In this document: positions 12,569 to 25,135 of the stretch, in pieces | How the letters are laid out: each line of letters starts with the position of its first letter | Numbering within the stretch: the stretch's first letter is position 1 | NCBI RefSeq assembly: GCF_018350175.1 | Contig: NC_058368.1 | Location: forward strand, 59,398,001 to 59,462,000 | Direction: 5' to 3' | DNA length: 64,000 nt | Origin: Felis catus | Lineage: Eukaryota | Made by a program: the position numbers and the translations under genes | Notes under the pieces: model-generated | Told to the model about the DNA's origin: nothing | Databases searched by the model: none | What the model saw: the letters and a program-made list of their open reading frames with translations, nothing else

Positions 12569-13844
12569 AAGAACTTCCCTAATCTGGGGAAGAAAACAGA
12601 CATACAAGTCCAGAAGGCACAGAGAACTCCCTTCAGAACCAACAAGAACAGGTCAACTCCAGTGCATATCATAGTGAGACTGGCAATATACAAAGATAAA
12701 GAGAGAATTCAGAAAGCAGCTAGGGACAAACAGGCCTTAACTTACAAGGGTAGGCAAATAAGGGTAGTAGCAGACCTGTCCACTGAAACTTGGGGGGTGG
12801 CAGGAAATATTCAATGTGCTGAATAGGAAAAATATGCAGCCAGAATCGTTTATCTGGCAAGACTGTCATCAGAATAGAAGGACAGATAAAGGCTTTCCCA
12901 GACAAACAAAAACTGAAGGAGTTCATGACCACTAAACCAGCCCTGTAGGAAATCCCAAGGTGGACTCTGTGAGTGGAATGCTGCAAAGAATACAAAGGAC
13001 CAGAGAAATCACCACAATCATGAAACCTATAGATAACACAATGATACTAAATCCATATCTTTCAATAATCACTCTGAATGTAAATGGACTAATTGCCCCA
13101 ATCAGAAGACATAGAGTATCAGAATTGATTAAAAAAAAACAATATCCATCTATATGCTGTCTACCAGCGCCTCATTGTAGATCTGTGGACACCTTCAGAT
13201 TGAAAGTGAGGAGATGGAGAACCATCTATCTTGCTACTGGAAGTCAAAAGAAAGCTGGAGTAGCCATACTTATATCAGACAAACTAGATTTTAAACTAAA
13301 GACTAACGAGAGATGAAGAGGGGCATTATATCATAATTAAGGGATCTACCATCAATAAAAGGTAGCAATTATAAATGTTTATACCCCCAGCTTGGAAGAA
13401 CCCCAAATATAAAAATCAGTTAATCACAAACATAAGCAATATTACTGGTAATAATACAGTAATTTTAAGTGACCTTAATACTCAACTTATAGCAAGGATC
13501 ATCTAGGCAGAAAATCAATAAAGAAACATTGGCCTTGAATGATACCTGGACCAAATGAACTTGAATGATACACTGGACCAGATGGGATGAACTTTTCATC
13601 CCAAAGCAGCAGAATATATATTCTTTAGAAGAAGAATATATTCTTCCAGAAGATGTATTCTCCAAAATAGATCACATAGTGGGTCACAAAACAGCCCTCA
13701 ATAAGTATAAAGTAATTGAGATCATACCATGTACATTTTCAGATTACAACACTATGAAACTTGAAATCAACCACAAGAAAAAATTTGGAAAGCCTCCAAA
13801 TGAATGGAGGTTAAAGAACATCCCACTAAAGAATGAATGGGTCT

Positions 13845-14086
13845 GGGGCGCCTGGGTGGCGCAGTCGGTTAAGCGTCCAACTTCAGCCAGGTCACGATCT
13901 CGCGGTCCGTGAGTTCGAGCCCCGCGTTGGGCTCTGGGCTGATGGCTCAGAGCCTGGAGCCTGTTTCCGATTCTGTGTCTCCCTCTCTCTCTGCCCCTCC
14001 CCCGTTCATGCTCTGTCTCTCTCTGTCCCAAAAAAATAAACGTTGAAAAAAAATTAAAAAAAAAAAAGAAAAAATAAATAAAAAAA
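13845..14086 (+). mobile_element. Young felid CanSINE inserted in L1 ORF2
   Basis: CpG-rich body; perfect 16-bp TSD aaagaatgaatgggtc at 13828-13843 and 14087-14102. Confidence 0.97.
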
Positions 14087-17000
14087 AAAGAATGAATGGG
14101 TCAACCAGGTAGTTAAAGAAGAAATTAAAAAATATATGGAAGCAAATGAAAATGAAAACACGATAGTCCAAACCCTTTGGGACGCAGTAAAGGAAGTCCT
14201 AAGAGGAAAATACATTGCAATCCAGGCCTATCTTAAGAAAGAAGAAAAATCCCAAATACAGAACCTAACCTCACATCTAAAGGAAATAGAAGCAGAGCAG
14301 CAAAGAAACCCTAAAGCCAGCATAAGAAGAGAAGAGAGAAAAAAATAAAGATTAGAGCAGAAATAGACAATATAGAATAAAAAGAAAAACAGAACAGATC
14401 AATGAATCTAAGATCTGGGTTTTTGAAAGAATAAAGAAAATTGATAAACTCCTAGCCTGACTTCTCAAAAAGAAAAGAGAGAGAACCTAAATAGATAAAA
14501 TCACAAATGAAAGGAGAGATCACAACCACACCACAGAAATAGAAACAGTTATTAGAGAATACTATGAAAAATTATATGCCAACAAACCTGAAAATCTAGA
14601 AGAAATGAACAAATTCCTAGACACCCACACACTACCAAAATTCAAACAGGAAGAAATAGAAAATATGAATACACGCATAACCAGCAAAGAAATGAATCAG
14701 TTATCAAAAATCTCCCAACAAATAAGAGTCCGGGACAAGATGACTTCCCAGAGGAATTCTACCAGACGTTTAAAGCAGAGTTAATACCTGTAATTCTCAG
14801 GCTGTTCCAAAAAATAGAAGTGGAAGGAAAGTTTCAGAACTCTTTATATGAAGCCAGCATTACCTTGATTCCCAAACCAGACAGAGACCCCATGAAAAAG
14901 AAGAATTATAGAATAATATCCCTGATGGACATGGATGCAGAAATTATCAACAAGATTGTAGCAAATTGAATTCAACAGTGTATTAAAGGAATTATTCACC
15001 ATGATCAAATCGGATTCATTACTGGGCTGCAGGGCTGATTCAGTATTCACAAATCAATCAATGTGATACATCACATCAATACAAGAAAGGATGAGAACCA
15101 TATGATCCTGTTAATAGATTCAGAAAAGCATTTGACAAAATACAGCATCCTTTCTTAATAAAAACCCCCAGGAAACTTGGAATAGAAGGGACACACCTTA
15201 ACATCATAGAAGCCATATATGAAAGGCCCACAGGTAATATCATTTTCAATGGGGAAAAACTGAGAGCTTTCCCCCTGAGATCAGGAACATGACAGGGATG
15301 TCCACTCTCACCAGTGTTGTTTAACATAGTGTTGGAAGTCCTAGCCTCTGCAATAAAACAACAAAAGGAAATAAAAGGCATCCAAAGCAGCAAAGAAGTC
15401 AAACTTTCACCTTTTGCAGATGACATGATACTCTACGTGGAAAACCCAAAAGACTCCACCAAAAAACTGCCAGAATTGATCCATGAATTCAGCAAAGTCA
15501 CAGGATATAAAATCAGTGTACAGAAATTGGCTGCATTTCTATATACCAATAATGAAGCAACAGAAAGAGAAATCAAGAAAACGATCCCATTTACAATTGC
15601 AGCAAGAACCATAAAATACCTAGGAATAAACCCACCAAAGAGGTAAAATATCTGTATGTTGAAAACTTATGAAAGAAATTGAAAACACAAAGAAATGGAA
15701 AAACATTCCATGCTCATGGATTGGAAGAACAAATATTGTTAAAATGTTGGTACTACCCAAAGCAATATAGACATTCAATCCAGTACCAATCAAAACTGCA
15801 CTGGCATTCTTCTCAGAGCTAGAACAAACAATCCTAAAATACTTATGGAACTACAGAAGACCCTGAATAACTAAAGTAATGTTGAAAAAGAAAACCAAAG
15901 CTGGAGGCATCATAATCTCATAGCCTGTACAACATAATCTCTCTCAGCCTGTACTACAAAGCTATAATCATCAAGAAAGTATGGTATTGGCACAAAAACA
16001 CACATAATGGAATAGAATAGAGAACCCAGAATCGGATGCACAAATGTAAGGCCAACTAATCTTTGACAAAGAAGCAAAGAGAATCCAGTGGATAAAAGAC
16101 GGTCTCTTTAGAAAATAGTGCTGGGCGAACTGGACTGCAACATACAGAAGAATGAAACTGGACCACTTTATTACACCATACATAAAAATATACTCAAAAT
16201 GGATGAAAGACCTAAATGTGAGACAGGAAACCATCAAAAACCCTAGAGGAGAAAACAGGCAGCAACCTCTTTGACCTCAGTCGCAGCAACTTTTACTTGA
16301 CATGTCTCCAAAGGCAAGGGAAAGAAAAGCAAAAATGAACTATTGGGACCTCATGAAGATTGAAAGCTTCTGCACAGCAAAGGAAACAATCAACAAAACT
16401 AAAAGGCAACAGACAGAATGGGAGAAGATATTTGCAAAAGACATATCGGATAAAGGGTTAGTATCCAAAATCTATAAAGAACTTACCAAACTCAACACCT
16501 GAGAAACAGTGAAGAGATGGGAAGACATGAATAGACACTTTTCTAAAGAATACATCCAGATGGCCAACAGACACATGAAATGATGCTCAACATCGCTCAT
16601 CATCAGGAAAATACAAATCAAAACCATATTGAGATACCACCTTACACCAGTCAGTGGCTAAAATTAACAACTTAAGAAACAACAGATGATGGTGAGGATA
16701 TAGAGAAATGGGAACACTCTTGCACTGTTGGTGGGAATGCAAACTGGTGTAGCCACTCTGGAAAACAGTGTGGAGGTTTCTCAAAAAATTAAAAATAGAA
16801 TTACCCTACGACCCAGCAATAGCACCACTAGGAATTTATCCAAAGGATAGAGGAGTACTGATTTATAGGGGCACACGTACCTCAATGTTTATAGCATCTC
16901 TATCAACAAGAGCCAAATTATGGAAAGAGCCCAAATGTCTATCCACTGATGAATAAAGAAGATGTGCTATGGAATGGAATGGAATACTACTTGGCAATGA

Positions 17001-17607
17001 GAAAAAATGAGTAAGTAAAATAAGTTACTCATAAAAAGACAGATATCATATGTTTTCACTCATATGTGAAATTTGAGAAACTTAACAGAAGGGGGAGGGG
17101 AAGGGTAAAAAAAATAGTTTCAAATGGAGAGGGAGCCAAAACTTAAGAGATTCTTAAATACAGAGAACAAACTGAGGGCTGATGGCCAGGGAAGGAGAGA
17201 AGGAAAAATGGGTGATGGGCATTGAGGAAGGCACTTGTTGGGATGAGCACTGGGTGTTGTATGTTAGTGATGAATCATGGGTGTCTACTCCTGAAGCCAA
17301 GAGCACACTGTATACACTCTATGTTAGCTAACTTGACAATAAATTATATTAAGAAAAACAACAAAGTGATGCACACATCTAATAACAGAAATCAGTACAA
17401 AATATTATAAAATTACATACTAAAGATCCCTGTGACATTCTAATATACCCTCTCCCCAGAGGCAAGAATGTTAATGGTTCTTGTTGATCCTTTTGGAAAT
17501 AATAGTATAAGCATACCCCAGAAAGGATTCGAATGTGTTTCTTCCTATTTTCAAATGAAAGAAAGTTACTGTCTACAATATTTTAAACTATGAGCTTTTT
17601 ATTTTTA

Positions 17608-17830
17608 TTTTTTTTTTAATTTTTTTTTCAACGTTTTTTATTTTTGGGACAGAGAGAGACAGAGCATGAACGGGGGAGGGGCAGAGAGAGAGGGAGACAC
17701 AGAATCGGAAACAGGCTCCAGGCTCTGAGCCATCAGCCCAGAGCCCGATGCGGGGCTCGAACCCACGGACCGCGAGATCGTGACCTGGCTGAAGTCGGAC
17801 GCTTAACCGACTGCGCCACCCAAGCGCCCC
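17608..17830 (-). mobile_element. Young felid CanSINE
   Basis: CpG-rich body; 17-bp TSD tgagctttttattttta at 17591-17607 and 17831-17847. Confidence 0.97.
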
Positions 17831-18920
17831 TGAGCTTTTTATTTTTAAAAAAGTTATCAATTCTAACTCTTATACATGTGGTCTTCTGGGCTGCCAACCC
17901 ATTAGGTTATACCATGAACCCATTCTAAAGGTGTCCCACAAGGCTATAATTGACTGCTGTGATTTAAACTTTAAATCACATGCAGATATTATTTAAGCAC
18001 TTTTTTCATCCTCTGTAAAATTGGAAAAATAGTATGTAAGTCACAGCATTTCTTAAAATCTCTGAAAAAATATCCAACCCAGACTTAGTTACTCCCAAAT
18101 AAATACTACTTCTATTGTAAGGCACATTCTCAAGAAGCTAATGGCCAAGTATATTGTTTTAAAACTTTCATGAGCCAACACTACACAGATCATGCCTTGA
18201 ATTAACAGCATTTTTCACTCTCACACACATAGGAAAACATGCAAAATTGTACCTGGAGGACCAGATGTACACTACAATCTTAATGAATTCCATCCTGCAC
18301 TTCAACTAGGTTTACCTTATCTTCAGTAGAAGTTACAACTGCCCTGGCCATCCACAATCCTCTCCATTCTAAAATTTACTCAGAAATTGTTTATTTCCAT
18401 TGCGGTATCAGCGATATGTATGGATTTGCTATTCTTTTCTTATTAACCATTTAAATGGTGATCATGTTTTCTGCTCACTTCATTGATTCTGTCATGGTCA
18501 CATTAAAAATTTTGTCAATGAATAAATCATGCCATCTATAATATATTTTGAAATATTTCACTCTTAACTATTTATTTCAAGTCATTTTTTCAGCTGACTG
18601 ATTATCAGGTCATCTGTTAAGGGTGCTTTGTTAAATTGTACTGCTAGATCTCACCAGAATAATGAAATATTCATAGATTCCAATACCTTTTTTTTTCTTT
18701 ACTATTTTCATTATCCTGTTTTGTTTTTTTTTTTTTTTTTCCTCTATGCACAGACTAATACCTGTGACTTATAAGAACAGGTACACAGTTGCAAATTATC
18801 TGATCCCCTTGTCTCACTTTTTTCTCACTCACCAATGAAACTCGACCTCTAGGTAAATCCTACAATTTATTCTGTCCTGGTGATTGTTGAAATAAAAGAA
18901 TCAAACATAATTTAAATTCT

Positions 18921-18951
18921 CTTTTTTTAATTTTTTGATGTTTTATTCATT

Positions 18952-19004
<53 letters not shown>

Positions 19005-19166
19005 GCAGGGGGTGGGGGCAGAGAGACAGGGAGACACAGAATCTGAAGCAGGCTCCAGGCTCTGAGCTGTCAGCACAGAGCCCGACATGGGGCTTGAACT
19101 CGGACCATGAGATCATGACCTGAGCCGATGTCAGACGCTTAACTGACTGAGCCACCCAGGCGCCCT
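18921..19166 (-). mobile_element. CanSINE with expanded (GA)n
   Basis: TSD ataatttaaattct at 18907-18920 and 19168-19181. Confidence 0.95.
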
Positions 19167-20454
19167 TATAATTTAAATTCTTCATTTCACACTTCAATTT
19201 GGACTTGGTATTTTTCTTGAAATACTTTTTTCCCCTAAAATTTGGTGGGAGACAATACTCCATAATATTTTCACATCTCTTTATTATTTGGGATTTAGGC
19301 ATAAAAAAAACTTGTAGACTTGGTAAAAAATTGATTGTTTGGTAAATATGCCCTGGAAGCTAGAGATTAACTATTTCTTAGAAATGATTTATAGACCTAT
19401 TTCCCCAGAAACCAGTTACTTACAGTTCAGTGAAGTGAAGCTAGACACTTTTTTCCTCCCAACTATGCTCATTCCCTCATGATGATTCATTTATATTCCA
19501 AAGTAAAGGTGCTAATGAATGCTACTAACTTCTACTGAATACTGTGGACTAATCATATTCCACTGACTCTTAGCGGAAAACACACATGCACACACAAACA
19601 CGCACATACGTATCTACTTCATTCCTAACTTGGGTGACATAAACTAATACCAGATTCCTAACTTTTGGGTCTGTTACCAAATATTGATACTAAGTATAGT
19701 ATCAATGGGGTTATAGTTGGAAACATGATTCACTTGAGGTGTTTTAAGTAGTAAGATATTTAGAGAATCTTATACAATCAGTGTAAGGACGGGATGAGTG
19801 AACGGTGGAAATCTAGGTGTTTAGAAAGTCCTTATATTTCTAGGAACCTACAACCAGTGTCTACCTTACCTTCAGCAAAGAAACAAATGATTCGCAACAA
19901 CTCAACCAGAAACTAAAAGTTTTATCTTGCTTAGTGCCTATGCGGTTTTTTATAACTACAGCTGGAAAATAATGTCCTCTCTTCTGTCTTCCGAATTTTG
20001 CAAAACATGTTTCAATCTAACCTAAAGGCCTGCTTTCAAGGAATACTGGTCTGTGCAATTCTCAGCCAATCTTGCATGGTGCATGAGTGTGTGTAAGATG
20101 AATGGAGACAAACAGGGATGCACAAACAACTTTATGCTAATATTTCTTGCCTGTGAGATTTCTTATGCACTCATTTTTCTTTCCTTCTCATTTTCTCTTT
20201 CCTCCCTTCTCTCGGTTTGCCAGAGGGGTTACAGAGGAGTCAATATATCCAGTACCCAATGCTGCACACAAAATAGGGTTGACAGCAGGATGTGCCATTT
20301 CCCTGTAGACATGTGTTCTGCTTGTCTTTTTTCATGAAATGCAACAATTGGACCTTCTTTCTCCACCTCCTTTATTTGCTGCATGCCTGCCAATGCCTTT
20401 AATAGCCTTTCCTTCCTTATATATTATCACATGCAAATTAGGATGCCTTTCATT

Positions 20455-20656
20455 ATTTTTCATGTTTATTTATTCATTTTGAGAGAGTGAGCGAGTGAGA
20501 GAGTCAGCGCTGGGGAGGGGCACAGAGAGAGAGGGAGAGATCCCAAACAGTCTCTGCACTGATAGCACAGGGGCTCAATCTAATGAATTGTGAAATCATG
20601 ACCTGAGCTGATATCAAGAGTTGGACGCTTAACTGACTGAGCCACCCAGGTGCCCC
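20455..20656 (-). mobile_element. CanSINE (older subfamily)
   Basis: TSD aggat(g/a)cctttcatt at 20440-20454 and 20657-20671. Confidence 0.93.
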
Positions 20657-22449
20657 AGGATACCTTTCATTTCATCAAAAACACAACCTGTATCATGTAA
20701 TTTATTTTCATAATGGTGTGTGTGGGGGGGACGGGGGGGGGGGGGAGGTGATTCCTATGATGAAAATGGGAACTGTAACATTTTAGTGAGCCAAGCAGAA
20801 AACTGCCTTTATTCAACGAAAATTGATGCTCTGAGTGCTGTTCTAGCCCCAGTAGAAATTCTGTTGGAATTTGACTTGTATCCTGATCCTCAATGTAAAT
20901 TTTTTTCCTAAATACCCTATTAATTCCTTCTTTAATGCCTGTATTATGTCAGAAACAAATCTTATGGTTTCAGAGTCCTGTATAATTTTCATTAACTTTC
21001 TACTTGCAGATTTTCATGTTTTGGGGTCTCACTATAAGTATAACCCTTTCTTCTTGCTGTAGTACATTTCAGAAAACTTTAGTTTTGCTTTACCTTCCAA
21101 GTGAGGGAGAGTTTTAGGTTTTAGATTCTTGTGAAGAGAATTTATTTTTCTCACCTTGTTAGTGTTTGATCCTTCAGTCCCTTCTTCACTCTGGTCTCAT
21201 TCAAATTCTGTCCACCCAGCAATTCTTAAAATCACCTAAATTTGAAAGTATACCTAACTTCCAGGATAATCATTTAAGAATTTTCTTAATTTCAGTTACT
21301 TTTCTTCATTTCCATAATGATGGAGTGGTTATGTGTTGTAGAAAAATTGTGTAATTCCCTCTATATAATTTAAGTTGCTTTTACATATTTAAACTTTTGA
21401 CCTCCTTTATTTTTCTTGCCTCATGTTTTTAGTTCTTCATATATTTATTGATGTAATTCCGGATATTATCAGTATATCCAGTTTACCCTCTGACCCTTAG
21501 TATTACCTCACTAAACATTTTCTAGATAGCTATTATCTATTTTTCTGATACTTTCTGCAAATTTCTATGTAAAGGAAAAACAAAAGAAACAAACAAAAGA
21601 AAACGAATGACCACCAGGATTTGAACCATGCAGTGGAGAGTCCTGTCCTCAGAAAACAGTAATCTCAACCACATCTGTCAAACATTCTTTTCACGGACCT
21701 TCTAACACTATTTCACCAGCTTAATTACTCTTTTATCTCCATCATTCTTTGTTCATGCAGGCATTTAATTCAATATGTAATTTTTCCAAGACAAATTTAC
21801 TTCCTTTTATGGTCAGCCTTGTAGGTGTTTTCTTAATCAGGGCCTTCAAGTCAGCTTCCAAATACATATTTTCTTCTTGGGAATCATTATTTATATAAAT
21901 CTGATTCTAACTTCATTTGTTGAGTGAATCAGAAGTTCTTTTATTATAAGAAGTAACTGATTAAAATATTAAAATAATGATTTATAAACCAACAACCATT
22001 AAAAAAAACTGCATTGTTTTTTATTCCTTCTCAGAAATTTTCTCACATACCTAACATTTCTCATAAAAAAGGAGGGTAACTAGAAGCCATTGTTAAGTAA
22101 ATTCTGCATTCCAAGTTTGGGACATAACTGGGTCTCCGATGCCACAGTGGAGCTTATTTAAGGCATTGGCTTTTAGATGGCAAGATGTAACCACTGATCT
22201 TCTATGCTTCCCAACTCAGTACCATTCATCGTTGTTGCTTTCCAACCCCAAAAAGGTGCACCATGGAAAAGGATAAATTCCCTTCCAATCTATAGTACCT
22301 GGAAAGTTAAAGAGTAATGATCTAGTTCATAACATTTAGTGACATTCTTCCATAAGTTAGGTTTGTCAAGTTTCTCATAAGCTTGTTTATTTGATCTAAC
22401 TTTCAAGCACATCCTTCAACCACAGTGACCTTTAAAAACATTAAATTCT

Positions 22450-22666
22450 GGGGTGCCTGGGTGGCTCAGTCAGTTAATCGGCTGACTTCGGCTCAGGTCA
22501 TGATCTCGTGGTCCGTGAGTTCGAGCCCCACGTCGGGCTCTGTGCTGACAGCTCAGAGCCTGGATCCTGTTTCGGATTCTGTGTCTCCCTCTCTCTGACC
22601 CTCCCCCATTCATGCTCTGTCTCTGTCTGTCTCAAAAATAAATAAACGTTAAAAAATTAAAAAAAA
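22450..22666 (+). mobile_element. CanSINE
   Basis: TSD aaaaacattaaattc at 22434-22448 and 22667-22681. Confidence 0.96.
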
Positions 22667-23830
22667 AAAAACATTAAATTCCATGCTCCTACAATATTCA
22701 TAATCCTTTATGGGTGATGAAACAATAATGTTCATAGCTGCTTGATGAATATGGTATTCCATTAGAGTCATTTTATGATAATCCATCCAAAGAGTGTATT
22801 CTCTTCAAGTTAATTTTCTGACATGGGGAGGGAATCTCCTGGATCACAGCTTTGTCTGTTGTCTGTATTTATAGCTATTTTTTTCATCTTCATGAAATTC
22901 TAGGGATGTTATTTCAGCCTTACTCAATAGGGAAAGGCCAGATCCTAATAACCCTAAGAACATTTGAAACACATAGACTGGGGCTGATTAAAAACTACAT
23001 GTGTACTGTTGACATTATATATTTGTGGCATTAGAACAATTTAGAAATATAGTGTGAATCAAAAGATACTGTATGTGCCCTGAGTTTCTCAACTGTATAT
23101 ATTCCAACCATCTTTCTCCCAATTTATCTGTTTGAAGAAGATACCATAACCAGTTAACTATAATGTCATGACCCATCTATCTTGAAATGGTGAAGTACTA
23201 TTTTCATTTCCTTAAGAAACAATTCTGTCCACTTTAAAATTTGACATATTCAGAGAAGGACACTAAGCTGAAAAATTTAGACCAATATTTCTCAATATTT
23301 GAACAAATGAAGTATAGTATACTTTCTTCACACCCAGGAAACTGTCTTAAAAATGTGCTATCTTGATTGTTGAAATACAAAATTCAATAACTCTATTGTT
23401 CAGTAACCAACACCCTACTCAACTTGATGATGGCACTTTTCCAGAGTGTTTGAAAAAAATAACTAGAAATCTAAACAGAGCCTACAGCCTGTATAGTAAT
23501 AATAACTGTAGTCAGGTGGTGATGTGTGTCCAGATTATTCAGGTGAAGACTTGGGAATATGTATATATCAACAGGAATTCAATATTTTTTCCAAAAAAAC
23601 CCCAAGTCTCTATATTTCCCACAATTTACACCTTTAGTGAGTATGAGAACTGTAAGAGATAGCTTGTAGTAGTATTCTTTTGCCCTGATTGGCTCAGTGG
23701 AAATACAATGTTTAAATCTCACCCTGTACTTGGTAAACACACCCTGTACTATGAACACGTTTTCCATTGACTATAATCTTCCCCTATTTCCATTTATTAC
23801 TTGTTTTTATTATAAATTGACTTAGGGTCA

Positions 23831-23911
23831 TTTTATTTATTTAAATTTTTTAATATTAAATATAATTTATTGTCAAATTGGTTTCCATACAACACCCAGT
23901 GCTCATCCCAG
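23831..23911 (-). mobile_element. Extremely 5'-truncated felid L1 (about 55 nt of the 3' end plus A-tail)
   Basis: aatttattgtcaaattggtttccatacaacacccagtgctcatccca is the reverse complement of the L1 3' terminus also seen at 59441-59470 and 17240-17350. Confidence 0.85.
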
Positions 23912-24660
23912 TACGGTAGTTTTATTCATGTTTCTTGTGCTTGGAGTTCTCTGAATTTCTTACACATTTGGTTTAATACTATGTTCTCAAATTTGGAAAA
24001 TATGTCACAATCATAGTTAAGTTTTTTTTTTTTTTTTTCTCTCCTACCTTTCATCCTTTGGGAATTCCAGTTACCCATATATTAGATAAGAGCTGTTTCA
24101 TGGTCCTTTGATAATCTGTTCATTTTTTTTCAGCTTCTTTTCCCCTTGTGTTTTATTTTGGATAGTTTCTACTTCATCATTTATCCCATCTAATGTGTAT
24201 GTATGTACATATACTAATATATATATTAAGAGATATATATGTCTCAGACATCATTGTAGTCTATAGAAGGCCAATTTAATTTTTGTATATATATCTTCAC
24301 TCTGTGTGTGACACAATCATTCTATCTTATTAAACATGTGGAATACAGTCAGAATAACTGTTAATATCTTTGGTGGCTAATTTTAGCATGTGTGTTCCTT
24401 CTGGTTGGTTTTAAGAAATTGATTTTTCTTATGGATTTTATGTATGTAAGACAGCTAGTGATTATTTTTATTATTATTATTGTTGTTATTATTATTAATG
24501 CCAAACACTGAATGTTACCTTATTGGGTGCTATTACCTTAAGTATTTGCATTACCATAAATATTACTCATCTTTGCCCTGGAATGCAGTTTAAGTTGCAT
24601 GAAAACAGATATTTTTCCCTATTGAAGCTTGCTATTAAACTTAGTACCAACGGAGGATTT
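23912..24660 (-). mobile_element. Ancient L1M-type fragment (probably continues at ~27230-27720)
   Basis: T-rich degenerate L1 antisense motifs (tcttgtgcttggagttctctgaatttct, ctcaaatttggaaaa, ggaattccagttac); subfamily not determined. Confidence 0.5.
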
Positions 24661-24692
24661 ATTCTACAATAGGTTTAAATATTCTACTTTTT

Positions 24693-25051
24693 AAAAAATT
24701 TTATTTTTTTAAATTTACATCCAAATTTTTAGCATATAGTGCAACAATGATTTCAGGAGTAGATTCCTTAATGCCCCTTACCCATTCAGCCCATTCCCCC
24801 TCCCACAACCCCTCCAGTAACCCTCTGTTTGTTCTCCATATTGATGAGTCTCTTATGCTTTGTTCCCCTCCCTGTTTTAATATTATTTTTATTTCCCTTC
24901 CCTTATGTTCATCTGTTTTGTCTCTTAAAGTCCTCGCATGACTGAAGTCAGATGATATTCACTAATTTCACTTAGCATAATACCTTCCAGTTCCATCCAT
25001 GTAGTTGCAAATGGCAAGATTTCATTCTTTTTGATTGGTGAGTAATACTCC

Positions 25052-25135
<84 letters not shown>

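Larger units (their letters stand above)
10376..17367 (+). mobile_element. Full-length but inactivated carnivore LINE-1 (5'UTR, ORF1 from ~11865, ORF2 ~13041-16956, 3'UTR)
   Basis: Begins ggaggagtcaacatggc. ORF1 fragments MKWKNSQKRFQEEMTARELLKTDI and NFPNLGKKTDIQVQ; endonuclease start LSIITLNVNGL; RT motif [17 protein letters not shown]-terminal [17 protein letters not shown]. Many stops and frameshifts. TSD gat(a/g)cacacatcta at 10361-10374 and 17368-17381. Confidence 0.97.
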
